From contig CAYSHM010000018.1 of the NCBI GenBank assembly GCA_964430885.1, positions 28,205 to 61,232 of the forward strand: a stretch of DNA of 33,028 bases. The letters are read 5' to 3'. Positions within the stretch are counted from its first letter, which is position 1. Each line of letters begins with the position of its first letter. Shown one piece after another: positions 15,421 through 26,100 of this stretch. The notes beneath the pieces are model-generated. The model ran no database searches and was not told the DNA's origin. It saw only the letters and a program-made list of their open reading frames with translations. Source of the stretch: an uncultured archaeon (GTDB lineage Archaea; Thermoplasmatota; Penumbrarchaeia; JASLWR01). A program made the translations under genes and the position numbers.

Positions 15421-17955
15421 TCAGTTCTTCCCCCGGCTCCCTTTAAGATGGTACTGGATCCTGAGAATTATCACCAGAAGGAAAATGAAGAGCACGAAGA
15501 TTATCCAGAAGTTCAGTTCATCCTTGGTGAAAAGGGAACTGAACCTTTCACTCAGGGGAGTATCGACCTCGAGCCTGATAGTATTCACCACCTCATTTCC
15601 AGCGGCGCTCTTGAAGGTGATTTCTATCTCCTTCTCATCCCCGTTCTCAAGGTCCTCGGGAGGTTCAAGGGTCACGGTCACTATCTTGTCCTCCTTGGAA
15701 GAGAGTATCAGTTCTCCAGTGTAATCCACCTTCCAACCGCTGGCATCCTCATCGCTTATGATTATATTATCCACGCAGTTGCCGTTGTTCATCACCTTGA
15801 ACCTGAAATCCAAGGAAGTGTCCTTGGAGGATATGGTCAGGTCCAGTCCGTCAAGGGCCTCAACCGTCATATCATAATGGTAATCCACTACGGCTATAAG
15901 GGTCAAGTCGGCACTCATACTGGCGGGAAGGCTCTTGTTGAAAGGCTCGGCCGATACCCTGAATTGGAGCCCCCCGTCCTCGGTGCACAGGGCGTCATCA
16001 GGAGGTTTGACAGAGACCGTAAAGCTCTCCTTTGACATGGCCGATACCTGAAGCGTCTCCTGGTAGTCCAGGGTCCAGCCCACCATATCCGGTCCCACGG
16101 AAATGGAGAACACCTGATCCTCCTCGTGGAGGTTATCAAGGCCCAAGTAGAATTTCAGCTCCAGAAACTCATCGTTTGCCGAATCATAACTGCTAGTGAG
16201 CTCCTCATCGTCGGCACTCAGCACTATCCGTCCCGTGGAGAAACTGGTGCTGGCGGTGAGGGTGATGGTCTTGGTCATCCCGGTGTCATTTCGGGAGTTG
16301 AACTCCACGGAAAGTACCGCCTGGGTAGGGCTGTCAGGGGACACCGGAGCGGTTATAATAATATGAAAAACCGCCTCAGATCCGCTGGTGAGGTATAAGG
16401 AATAATATCCTGAACCTCCTCCCGAGCTCTGACCTTCAAGGGTATCACCTGTGACCTCCAGACCCCATCCAGACGGAAGTACTGGAATATGAATGTCAAC
16501 TGTATCCGCAAGGTCCCCGGTATTGAACAGGGTGATTATATAATCAGCGGCAGCTCCGGGAGATATTTCCCTGATGGTATCGCCCTCCACTCCGGCTTCA
16601 AAAACATAGCTGGACTGGACCGTCAGTTTCAGGGGCTGGGGAAGATTGTCCTTCTCGCCTCCGTCACCCTGTGAAGTTGCCGATACTGTGATATGGGAGA
16701 ACTCCCCGCCTTCAGCATCCCCGGGAACCGTGATCCCCAGGTCCACCAGGGACTCCTCTCCAGGAAGCACTTCCACCGATCCGGGAATGGACAGGTCCCA
16801 CACGGGATCTGATTCCGCCTCCAAAAGGATGGCATCCTGGCTTCCCCCGATGTTGAGGACCCTTATGGTAAACTCGGTTGTTCCAAGGGGAACGCCGGTC
16901 TGTTCGGTGATATCTGCGTTGATCCGCACCCCGAACTCACGCATCTCCAGTTCGGTAGAGGCATTGAACTGACTGCCGGACCTGTCAGTTATCCTGACAT
17001 GGACGGGGTATGTACCCGGCGGATGGCCACCGGGATAGTTCCACCTGGTAAAGAAACCCATATGCTGATCCTTGGGGCCTAGTAGAAGGGTGGCGTTCAG
17101 TACCGCTGCGGGGATGTCATCAGGGTCCATTATTGTTACCTTGATCTCGGAGATGTCCTGGTCACCCATCACATCGGTAACGTTCCCCACAATATCCGCG
17201 TATCGTTCCCCCTCGCCGAGATTGGGATAGAAACTGCTCAGCGTGACCCCGTCCCTTTCGGTCCCGGCGTCCATCTCCCTCATGTGGTCAGTGAAGAGAG
17301 ATAGATGGCTGTCTGTATTGGTGCTATCGTAGCTCAGCGTGACAGCCCCGCTGAGGGGACCTTCCTGTACCGATGCATTAATGCTGACCCGGATCCGGCT
17401 TCCCTTCTGGAACTGGTATTCGCTCCCAGGAGCCACTTCAGGTATGAAATAGATGAACTTGGGATTGGTGCGGAGGTCCTCCTCGCCGAAACTGTTCTCG
17501 GCTATTGCCTTGGCTCCGTCAAATATTCGGATCGTGACGCTGCAGGCTGTGTTTCCGGTATAGACCGTGGTGAAAAAAAGCTTGAAAGCGTTCATATCCT
17601 GATCCACAGTGGCCTTCACATCGAGGTTGTCATATAGGGGCTGATCCGTTGAGAAATCAAGACGTTCTCCGTCACCAAGCGTATCAACTGATGGGGTATT
17701 ATTGGATGGGGCCGTGGTGTTCATCTTGGGTCCTTCCTTGAAATAAAGGTTCACATTGGTGAACTCCCCGGTCCTTTCGGCATCTGAAAAGGGAATTGAG
17801 CCTTCATCCATAAGTGGTGAAGCGGTATCCTGGTGAGTAGGGATATCCCCCGAAAAATGTAATACCCCGGAAAAAAGGGTGAAAAGCAGGGTCAGTGTTA
17901 ACACTGCTGCGCCGACATATGCTCTAGTACCTGTTCTATCTCCGATAAGCTTCAT
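15421..17955 (-). CDS. Large cell-surface protein: N-terminal signal/TM, repeated Ig-like (COG1470/NEW3-like) beta-sandwiches, C-terminal TM anchor
   Basis: Repeated (V/L)xNxGxxxD-x-(I/V)...W pattern (VLNIGGSQDAI, LFNTGDLADTV, LDNLHEEDQVF, VMNNGNCVDNI); C-terminal FWIIFVLFIFLLVIIL followed by a basic tail. Confidence 0.75.
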   Translation of the reverse strand: MKLIGDRTGTRAYVGAAVLTLTLLFTLFSGVLHFSGDIPTHQDTASPLMDEGSIPFSDAERTGEFTNVNLYFKEGPKMNTTAPSNNTPSVDTLGDGERLDFSTDQPLYDNLDVKATVDQDMNAFKLFFTTVYTGNTACSVTIRIFDGAKAIAENSFGEEDLRTNPKFIYFIPEVAPGSEYQFQKGSRIRVSINASVQEGPLSGAVTLSYDSTNTDSHLSLFTDHMREMDAGTERDGVTLSSFYPNLGEGERYADIVGNVTDVMGDQDISEIKVTIMDPDDIPAAVLNATLLLGPKDQHMGFFTRWNYPGGHPPGTYPVHVRITDRSGSQFNASTELEMREFGVRINADITEQTGVPLGTTEFTIRVLNIGGSQDAILLEAESDPVWDLSIPGSVEVLPGEESLVDLGITVPGDAEGGEFSHITVSATSQGDGGEKDNLPQPLKLTVQSSYVFEAGVEGDTIREISPGAAADYIITLFNTGDLADTVDIHIPVLPSGWGLEVTGDTLEGQSSGGGSGYYSLYLTSGSEAVFHIIITAPVSPDSPTQAVLSVEFNSRNDTGMTKTITLTASTSFSTGRIVLSADDEELTSSYDSANDEFLELKFYLGLDNLHEEDQVFSISVGPDMVGWTLDYQETLQVSAMSKESFTVSVKPPDDALCTEDGGLQFRVSAEPFNKSLPASMSADLTLIAVVDYHYDMTVEALDGLDLTISSKDTSLDFRFKVMNNGNCVDNIIISDEDASGWKVDYTGELILSSKEDKIVTVTLEPPEDLENGDEKEIEITFKSAAGNEVVNTIRLEVDTPLSERFSSLFTKDELNFWIIFVLFIFLLVIILRIQYHLKGSRGKN

Positions 17956-18133
17956 TTCTTACCCACCCTGGTCTTAATAGGTAATAATATAGAAATGGTA
18001 TTTTAATTTAAGGGTGGTCTCGGGCAAACTCGCCATTATCAATCAATCGCTTGTAGGCTGCTGCAAACAGGGCACAACAAATAAATTTGATATCACCATA
18101 AATAATTAATCGAATGTCCACCTTAACCTATCC

Positions 18134-18901
18134 ATGAAGATCGGCATATCATCACCTGGTTTCTGCACAACACCCTTTCCGGAAATGCTTGACACCCTTT
18201 CCCGGCACTATGATGTGTGGGAACTTATAGGAGAACATATGCATTACCTGCCTGACATCTCGGAGGTCGCTTCAGAGCTCACGGAGAGCTATGATACGGG
18301 TCTCCAGGTGCATCTGCCCTTCTCGGACATCAACATCGCATCTGTGATCCCGAGGGTAAGACAATTGGGAGTGGAATTCATCACGGATTCCATTGAAGCA
18401 GCTGCCGGGATCGGGATCGGTAAGGCAACCCTTCACCCTGGTTCCGCTTCTTCCATAAGCTTCCGGGACAGGGACTGGGTAATGGCCACAGCCAGAAGGT
18501 CAATGGAGACCATATACGAATGTGCAGTTGAGCATGGAGTGACGATATGTCTCGAGAACATGCCCTACAGATCCATGATAGGTCCGGATATGGATGAGCT
18601 GCTTGCTCTCTCGGAGGGATTCGAACCGGAGATATGGAGTATATGCTATGACATGGGCCACGGGCATATAAGCGGGCTGGAGGGGAGCATTGAAAAGCAC
18701 ACGGACAGAATATACAATCTCCATGTCCACGACAACCGGGGTAAGAAGGATTCACATCTGATACCAGGTCAGGGAAACATTGATTTCGATACGCTGTCTC
18801 CGGTGCTGAAAAGAAGCCCCTGTGAAATAGCAGTTTTTGAAGCCCAGGACCTCAGGGACGCCCTTTCCGGAAAAGAGGAAGTGGCAAAGTATTTCGGGTG
18901 A
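18134..18901 (+). CDS. Sugar phosphate isomerase/epimerase (AP endonuclease 2 / xylose isomerase-like TIM barrel)
   Basis: VHLPFSDINIAS, TLHPG, CLENM, CYDMGH, LHVHDNRGKKDSHLIPGQGNIDF, VFE. Confidence 0.85.
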   Translation: MKIGISSPGFCTTPFPEMLDTLSRHYDVWELIGEHMHYLPDISEVASELTESYDTGLQVHLPFSDINIASVIPRVRQLGVEFITDSIEAAAGIGIGKATLHPGSASSISFRDRDWVMATARRSMETIYECAVEHGVTICLENMPYRSMIGPDMDELLALSEGFEPEIWSICYDMGHGHISGLEGSIEKHTDRIYNLHVHDNRGKKDSHLIPGQGNIDFDTLSPVLKRSPCEIAVFEAQDLRDALSGKEEVAKYFG

Positions 18902-19851
18902 AAAGTGTCTTTTTGGAGAGTATCACTATGGAAACCAGACCTTCGGAGATTGTTGTGAAGAACGGCAGGGTATACCACCTGGGCCTGGCAAAGGGAGAGC
19001 TTGCGGGAAATATTTTCTTTGTAGGGGACCCGGCAAGGGCCCATCTGGTGGCTTCACGGTTTGATTCTATTGAGCATGAGGTTAGGAACCGGGAGTTTGT
19101 TACCTTGACGGGGCCCTACAGGAACATCCCCATGTCAGTCATGGGAACTGGAATAGGAACCGACAATGTGGAGATTGCACTGGTGGAAGCCTATAATATC
19201 AGGGAATTCGACCTTGAAACCGGACTCAGAGACGCAGCACTTCCCCCCATGAACATTATCCGTATAGGGACCTCAGGGGGTGTCCAGAAAGATATTGAAC
19301 CGGGTACACTGGGTATAACAACCTACGCTCTTGGGATTGACAGCACAGGTCTATACTATGACCATCCTGCTGTGGATACTGTCATTCCCGAGATAGAGGA
19401 AAAGGCGTTAGATGTCCTGAACAGGCATACCCCTGACGGGTCCCGATTCAAGGGAAAAATATTCCCCTATGCATCCAGAGGTACCCCTGAGATAACAGAC
19501 CTGCTTGTAAAACATGCAGAATCTTTCGGCCATGACTATGTTAAGGGAATAACCGTGTCGTCTCCTGGATTCTACGGGCCTTCCGGCAGGTTCATAGACG
19601 GTCTGAAGAACACCGTCCCTGGCATCAAGCACCATCTGGCGGAGGTCAAAGCCGCTGGTCACAGGGTCATCAATATGGAGATGGAATCAAGCCTTATTTT
19701 CCACATAGCTGAGAACATCGGCTGCAGGGCCGGGACAATCTGTCCCATAATAAGCAGTCCCGGAAAGAGCGACAAGGTTGCAGACTACAATAGATGCATA
19801 CAGGATACCATCGATATTGCCCTTGAGACCATGCTGGAACTGGCTCAGTAG
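18898..19851 (+). CDS. Nucleoside (uridine-type) phosphorylase, PNP/UDP family; start may be 18928
   Basis: VYHL, FVGDPARA, REF, GTGIGTDN, IIRIGTSG, GFYG and NMEMESS motifs. Confidence 0.88.
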   Translation: MKSVFLESITMETRPSEIVVKNGRVYHLGLAKGELAGNIFFVGDPARAHLVASRFDSIEHEVRNREFVTLTGPYRNIPMSVMGTGIGTDNVEIALVEAYNIREFDLETGLRDAALPPMNIIRIGTSGGVQKDIEPGTLGITTYALGIDSTGLYYDHPAVDTVIPEIEEKALDVLNRHTPDGSRFKGKIFPYASRGTPEITDLLVKHAESFGHDYVKGITVSSPGFYGPSGRFIDGLKNTVPGIKHHLAEVKAAGHRVINMEMESSLIFHIAENIGCRAGTICPIISSPGKSDKVADYNRCIQDTIDIALETMLELAQ

Positions 19852-20834
19852 AAGGTAGTCCTGACAAGATGGAAAGGCTCTGTGTAACTTCTCCCTTTTC
19901 TCCACAGGTAATGGTCGAAATGCAGAGCATTGATGTGTTCTTCCCTGGGCCTCAGTCCGTTTATCCTGCTCATCAATAATTGCGCAGAGTGGATCGTATG
20001 GGCCCGGATCTCCAATTCCTCCTCCGAACCCTTACTTAGGAGAACCCTTCTCTTTATCTTATCCCACAAAGCTGGAGAATATCTCATGACACCCATGGAA
20101 AGAAGTGCTTTGGGGAGCTGATAATCAGCAAAAACGGTAAGTGAATCCATATCCTCTGCATCAAAGAGGCCGCGGCTGTAGAGCCTAGCATATAATATCG
20201 AAGGGAACATCTGAGCCCTTTTGTAGAAACTGATGGTGTCTCCCGTGGGCCGGTATACCGCCTGGTCATTGAAGGAAGGAAAATCCCTGACCACTCTCTC
20301 AACTATACCCGTATTTCCCTTTTTGGAGAAACACCTTCCACCGGATCTTCTTATGAGTTCTGATACCTTGCCATTGTATTTTTCAAGGAGAACCCTTCCC
20401 ACCTTATTGAGTATTTCCTTTCTTTCCTCCAGCATGGGTATAGGACGGTCCCCTTTGAAGATATCACCTGCCTGGTCGAGCGTAAGATTGGAAAGAAAAC
20501 CAGGGTCCAGAACATCCATGCCACTCTCCATGGCCTTCAGAAGACATGCGGACATGGCCATGGAACCGGTATAACGTTCTCCGTGAAGATCGCTTTTGAA
20601 CCGTTCCTTGGTGTCCTCATACCAGAACTTGAAATTGATGCTGGATGTGATGAAGAAGAAATCCATTGTCCGGGAAGTATTCTCCTGAATGAAAGCGGGA
20701 GATACCATTGAAGGAACGGGGAAATCCTCCTTTGCCAGCTCGGGCACCAGGGTATCCAGGACATCAAGGTCGATATTAACATGTTTTGGGTTCTCTAGGA
20801 CAGGTATGATGCTTTCAGGGACGGGATTTTTCAT
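19845..20834 (-). CDS. Queuosine salvage protein (DUF2419 / QNG1-like queuosine-nucleotide N-glycosylase)
   Basis: SINFKFW, IPMLEER, FPSFND, FYKRAQ, LTVFADYQLPKAL..MGVMRYS, GSEEELEIRA, DHYLW and FHLVRTTFY match the family signature. GGAGGT RBS; overlaps the MFS gene end by 20 nt. Confidence 0.88.
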   Translation of the reverse strand: MKNPVPESIIPVLENPKHVNIDLDVLDTLVPELAKEDFPVPSMVSPAFIQENTSRTMDFFFITSSINFKFWYEDTKERFKSDLHGERYTGSMAMSACLLKAMESGMDVLDPGFLSNLTLDQAGDIFKGDRPIPMLEERKEILNKVGRVLLEKYNGKVSELIRRSGGRCFSKKGNTGIVERVVRDFPSFNDQAVYRPTGDTISFYKRAQMFPSILYARLYSRGLFDAEDMDSLTVFADYQLPKALLSMGVMRYSPALWDKIKRRVLLSKGSEEELEIRAHTIHSAQLLMSRINGLRPREEHINALHFDHYLWRKGRSYTEPFHLVRTTFY

Positions 20835-22101
20835 TGCTCATACCTCCTTCTGCCTTTTGCCTGGATAGATAAAATCTCAATAGAAAAGCGTTGATGGGAA
20901 TTAGAACCGATAGAAGTGCCAGGAAGCGGAAACTGTCGCTGTAGCCCCCTGAACGGTCCCGGATCAGACCTGTAAGATAAGGACCGAAAAGCATTCCCAA
21001 TGAGATGAACATGGTAAGTATTCCGAAGGCCTGCCCCAATTTTTCCTTAGCTACTATCCTTGAAGGGAAGGCAAAGGTGGGCGTGGGGACCAAGGCCATA
21101 CCGAGAGCTATGCACAGCAATATGGGAATATAGGCATCGGACAAGGTGATTAGAAAAATTCCCAGGGCAACAAGGGAACCGCCTCCGGCAATGAAAAGAT
21201 CGTTGTTCCCGATACGGTCCAGCCATCTTCCCACCAGGGGAGCGATGATAAGGGAGCACCACATGAGGATACTTGAAAGGAAGCCCGAATAAGATATGCT
21301 GTATCCCTCCGATACAAAGAAATCAGGTGCAAAAGTGCTGAAAGCAATGGTTGCGGCAGTGTACCACATCCAGCATAGGCCAAGTATCCAGATGGGGAAA
21401 CCAATCCTTAGAATCCTTTTGATGGAGTTAATACCCTCTCTGTTCCCTCCCGTCCCTTGGGTCTCCCTACTTCCAACGCGTCCACCCCTCTGTTTTTTCG
21501 GGAGAGATGCAGTAGAGGATCCTACAGGGGGATGCCGGTATAAAATGACAAAAAGCAGCAGCACCAGAAAACAGAATGAAGCGCTGATATAGACTGGTAT
21601 GCTCCAGTTCCAGGTCTGGGCCATACTCCCGAAGGTGGAGAAGCATATTATGGTCCCCAGAGGCACCACGATGTTGAATATGCCCATGGCCGTACCCTCA
21701 CTATCATCACGGAACCACTGGGAGAGGAACTGGGCCGAGACCACCGATATGGCAGATATTCCAAGGCCCGCTATTACCCTGGAGACAGCCGCAAGGAAGA
21801 AGGAATCGCTCACGGCGAGAAGAAGGGTTCCGACCAAGGTTATTACCAGCGACATGACCCCTATCCTGAAAGGGCCGAACCTGTCGGAGAGGATACCAGC
21901 GGCAAGGGCCAGTACTATCCCGGGGACCGCCAAGAAGGTCATGAGCATTCCCGCCTGGCTGTGGGTCATGGCCAGATCCTCCATTACTATGGTGAGAATT
22001 GGTGAGAGATTATGAAGGGTGAAGGCGAAAACCATCATAAATAGACAGCTCAGGAGAAGTATGACCCACCTGTACGATCGCGATACTTTGGTCCTGTTCA
22101 T
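20815..22101 (-). CDS. Major facilitator superfamily transporter (12 TM)
   Basis: GILSDRFG and GRWLDRIG motif-A copies, QWF...GTAMG, GLIRDRSG. Start taken at MNRTKV (22101); the ORF track extends it to 22167. Confidence 0.88.
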   Translation of the reverse strand: MNRTKVSRSYRWVILLLSCLFMMVFAFTLHNLSPILTIVMEDLAMTHSQAGMLMTFLAVPGIVLALAAGILSDRFGPFRIGVMSLVITLVGTLLLAVSDSFFLAAVSRVIAGLGISAISVVSAQFLSQWFRDDSEGTAMGIFNIVVPLGTIICFSTFGSMAQTWNWSIPVYISASFCFLVLLLFVILYRHPPVGSSTASLPKKQRGGRVGSRETQGTGGNREGINSIKRILRIGFPIWILGLCWMWYTAATIAFSTFAPDFFVSEGYSISYSGFLSSILMWCSLIIAPLVGRWLDRIGNNDLFIAGGGSLVALGIFLITLSDAYIPILLCIALGMALVPTPTFAFPSRIVAKEKLGQAFGILTMFISLGMLFGPYLTGLIRDRSGGYSDSFRFLALLSVLIPINAFLLRFYLSRQKAEGGMSNEKSRP

Positions 22102-22156
22102 AGGCTTTTGCTCCGTCCTTGAATAGATAAAAATAAACCCGAAAGAAGGGGGGCCG

Positions 22157-23110
22157 TCATTCCTCAAACCTTTTAATGATCATCTCTTTTCCGCTGTCTG
22201 CATGAGGTATGAAAACATCCATGAGGTCCTCTGCAATGTGGGCGCCAGGAAAGATAGCCTTTGCCTCGGATAGCATTCTATCAGAGTCTTCATAGCGTGA
22301 GGAGAAGTGTGTCAGGAACAGGGTGCCTGCTCCGGCCTCCTTTGCAGCCTCTGCTGCCATCTCCGAGGTGGAATGAAAGAACTCCTCGGCGCGGTGCCTG
22401 TGCTCCGAAGTATAGGTGGACTCATGGACAAGGACATCAACCCCTAAAGAAGCGTTTACCAGATCCTCACAGATATAAGTGTCCCCGGAGAAAGCCACCT
22501 TTCGTCCCCGTCTAGGGGGTCCAAGGACCATATCAGGGGTGACAACCTGTCCATCACGGGTAATGTTCTCACCCCTCTGGAGCATGCCGAAGAGTCTGCC
22601 TTCGGGAATACCCAGCTGGAGCGCCTTCATCTTGTTGAACTTCCCGGGACGAGGTGATTCTTCTATAACATAGCCCTGGCTCAATTGGCCGTGGGTATTG
22701 GGAAATGTAGAAATGGTCACATCCTTCAGTTCCTGGACTATCCCTTCCTCAGCTTCTATGCATTTTATCGGAAAGGTGCTCTTCATGAGACCAATAGCCT
22801 GGAGGGTTTCTACCAGGGTAATTGTCCCCGAGGGGCCTATGATGGTCAGCTCCTTTTCCCTTCCGTCAAGATGCATTGTTTCTGTAAGACCGAATAGACC
22901 CAGTAGATGGTCGAGATGAAAATGCGTGATAAGAACATGAGATATCTTCATGTAGGAGAAATTTGCCCACTGTATCTGTCTCTGGGTCCCCTCTCCACAG
23001 TCCACAAGGATGACCCTGTTGCCGATAACCAGAGCTGAAGATGATACGTTTCGCTCCTTGGAAGGGCGTGCAGCGGCGGTGCCTAGAAAAATCAATCGCA
23101 TGAACTTCAT
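22157..23110 (-). CDS. rnz: Ribonuclease Z (tRNA 3'-processing)
   Basis: FLGT, DCGEGTQRQ, THFHLDH (HxHxDH), exosite PGKF..KA..LGIPEG, SGDT, HEST, HST, LTHFSSRY. Confidence 0.93.
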   Translation of the reverse strand: MKFMRLIFLGTAAARPSKERNVSSSALVIGNRVILVDCGEGTQRQIQWANFSYMKISHVLITHFHLDHLLGLFGLTETMHLDGREKELTIIGPSGTITLVETLQAIGLMKSTFPIKCIEAEEGIVQELKDVTISTFPNTHGQLSQGYVIEESPRPGKFNKMKALQLGIPEGRLFGMLQRGENITRDGQVVTPDMVLGPPRRGRKVAFSGDTYICEDLVNASLGVDVLVHESTYTSEHRHRAEEFFHSTSEMAAEAAKEAGAGTLFLTHFSSRYEDSDRMLSEAKAIFPGAHIAEDLMDVFIPHADSGKEMIIKRFEE

Positions 23111-23180
23111 ATCCTGGATACCCGATTTAGATCAATACTGTTAAATGAACAACTAATACGAACGGATCAACTGCCCTTTT

Positions 23181-26100
23181 CTATGCAGGCGGGGCAGGAG
23201 GTTTCTTCTTGGGCGGTGCAGGCGGTTTTCCCGCAGGTTTCTTAGCTGGTGGAGCGGGGGCTTTCTTTTGAACTGATTTTTCCTCCTGCGCTACTTCCTC
23301 TTCTACATCAGTCTCCTCGGCCTGAGCCTCTTCCTGAGCAATGTCCTCTTCTCTAGCGGGGGGCAGGGCCTTGGGTGCTTCCTCGCTCCCTTCCAATCCG
23401 GGCCCTGGTAGAGATACTGCAGGTTCATCTTGTGTCTGGGGTCCGGCCCAAGACGGCTGTGCATGTTCATCGATGTAGCTATCTTCACCTGCATACTCCT
23501 CACCGGGCTGTGTCATGAAAGCCTGGGCGTTCTCGTCATAATAGGGTTCGTATTCTTCCTCGGGGACCTGGTTATCGTAGTAGCTCGGGGTATAGTAGAC
23601 CATGGGCGCAGGTGCTAGTTCCTCAGGCTGGGCCTCAGGCTCAAAGGAGGCGGGCTCGATCATCTCTTCCGCCTTCTTGGCCTTGCTCTTCTTGATCACC
23701 ATTATCAGACCTATGAGGATGGCTCCGATTATTATTACAACAATGATTGCAATGATGAGGAACATGGGAAAACCGTCCTCGGATTCCGAGGAACTGGCGG
23801 TCTTTGTCAGATCGCCTTCCAATCCAGGAGGAACTGACCGGTCCAGCATGGGTTCCGTGCCCTTTTCGAACTCCATAGCATTTGAGAATCCATCCTCATC
23901 GGGATCGTCCTCGGCTCCATAGAGAGCGATATTCTTGAACTTGTCCCTCTCCCAGTAATCAGGAAGTCCGTCGTTGTCCTCATCAAGGCGGACCCAGGTG
24001 ATATCGGCATCATAATTATCGGCGATGTAGTTCCAGGTGTCCAGCTCGCTCCAACCCAGAATACAGAGGGTCAGTGTCTCGTCCTCACCCTCCTCGGGAA
24101 CATCATCCACGTCAAATACACTGGTGATATTGTAATCCATTGACCAGAAGTAGACATATTCTCCCGGGCGGCTCATGTCCCTGTTCAAAGACGGGCGGGT
24201 GAAAAGCTCATAGAGATCGCTGTAGTAATTGAATGAATTAGGATTGAGGTCCTCGGCCTCTTCCTGGTCCACAAAAGGTATCCAGACATACTCACCATCC
24301 TCGTTCAGCTCCCAATCGTATATATCCATGTGGCTGATGGGGGATGAACTGCTCTTGATTGTACCTTCGATCTGAAAGGTCTTTGTTACCTCAACCTCGT
24401 CCCCTGATATCTCGGTCCGGGTGATGGTCACATCAAGAAGGTCCGCCTTTATGATTATCATGGGATCTGACAGAACCCGCTCACCAGTTGCCAGTTTTCC
24501 CTGGGTGGGATCCTCGAAAGCCTGAGCTTTCCAGATATTATCAATGGGAATTACAGGACCGAAGGGTACAACGGTTCTCTGGTAGTTGCCCCAGTTATCA
24601 AGGGCCACAACAGCCACATAATACTCGTTCCTGGGGATAATGGATATCTCCTCGTTTGTGGTCATGGACATATCGGTATCATCCTGTGTGGTGATGACCT
24701 TCACGGGGTTCATTCCCTTGACGCTTGTGAATATCTTCTGGCTCATGTATATCCTGTATTCCTCGAAGTCATCCGCATCGCATCGGTCCCACTGTAGGTC
24801 CAGGCTGCCGCCTCGGTCATTGGGGGTGTCCTCTGCCATCACATTTGTTATTGGGTCCGGTGATGTTCGGTCAGTGGCCAGTGATTCGGGGTTATTGGAC
24901 AGGGGTGCGGCATTTCCCCAGTTATCCCATACCATCATGCTGAAGTAGAATTTTTCACCCCCTTCAAGATCGGTTACCGTGACCCTCTCTGTGGTTCCCG
25001 GTGCAGAGGGCAGGGGAACGTCCTGGTAATTGGGTATTAAATCTGCACTGAAGTAATCCCACTGGTGCATTATCCGGGTATCGGAATACTTGATCTCGTA
25101 TCGGTCCACGGGGCCGCCGTTGTCATCCGGGGCGGTCCACATCAGTTCGATGGTACCGTCAAGCTCGCCCATCTCCGCTGAAAGGTCCGATATGAAGGTG
25201 GGTGCATCCCTGTCCGGGGCTATCACCCGTGCAATGTTGGAAAGGCCAGACATCTGGCCCCGGGCGTCAACTGCTATGACGGCGAAGTAGTATTCCTCAC
25301 CCATATCCAGACCATCCAATATCACGAGTTCAGTGGCTCCTGGAGCTGCGGGATCGGGTATGTCGGACTCCTCAAGGGCTTCGGCATTTTCGAAATCGGT
25401 CATCTCGTCAATATAATTGGTGGAATATTTTATCATATAGCTGGAGGCAGAACCCTCATCGGCTGTCTTATCCTCTGCGACAGCGGTCCAGGTCAGATTA
25501 ACAGCACCGCTCTCCGAGGGATCGGCTATGGCCTCCAAGTCATCTATTCCCGCTGGCGGAAAATCCTCCAGAACAACCAGTTCATCCTCCATTATGGCAA
25601 AGGGCGACCAATCGCCCTTGCTGTCCTGAACGCTGAATCTGACGGTATAGACACCTGCTGTAAGATTGTCAACTGTAATTTCTGGCTGATGGCCAAGCAC
25701 CTGAAAGGGAGTATAATCTGTCTTCACCATCCAGATGAAGCCTGAATCGGCAGTTCCGTCCTCCAGATCCTCTCCGTGGCCGGTGAATGTGATATTTGTC
25801 AGTTCCCTGGCAGGATTGGGGTCGATGGTATCGATAATGGCCAGAGGGGGTTCGTTATAAGGAAGTTCATACTCGATCTCCAACTTGGGACGGTTGTTCT
25901 GGCCCTCCATTGATGTGAACATCTTAAGGGTATCCATTCCCGGTCGGTCATGGGTTATCAATATCACACCGTAGTTATCCATGGTCCCACCCACCCATTC
26001 AGTCACGAAATCAGTAAGGTCCCAGGTAACCCATCCATAGGCTAGACCTGTTGAGGCATCCGAGCGCTTCCCTGCATCGTAATCTACTCCGGGCAGGGTC

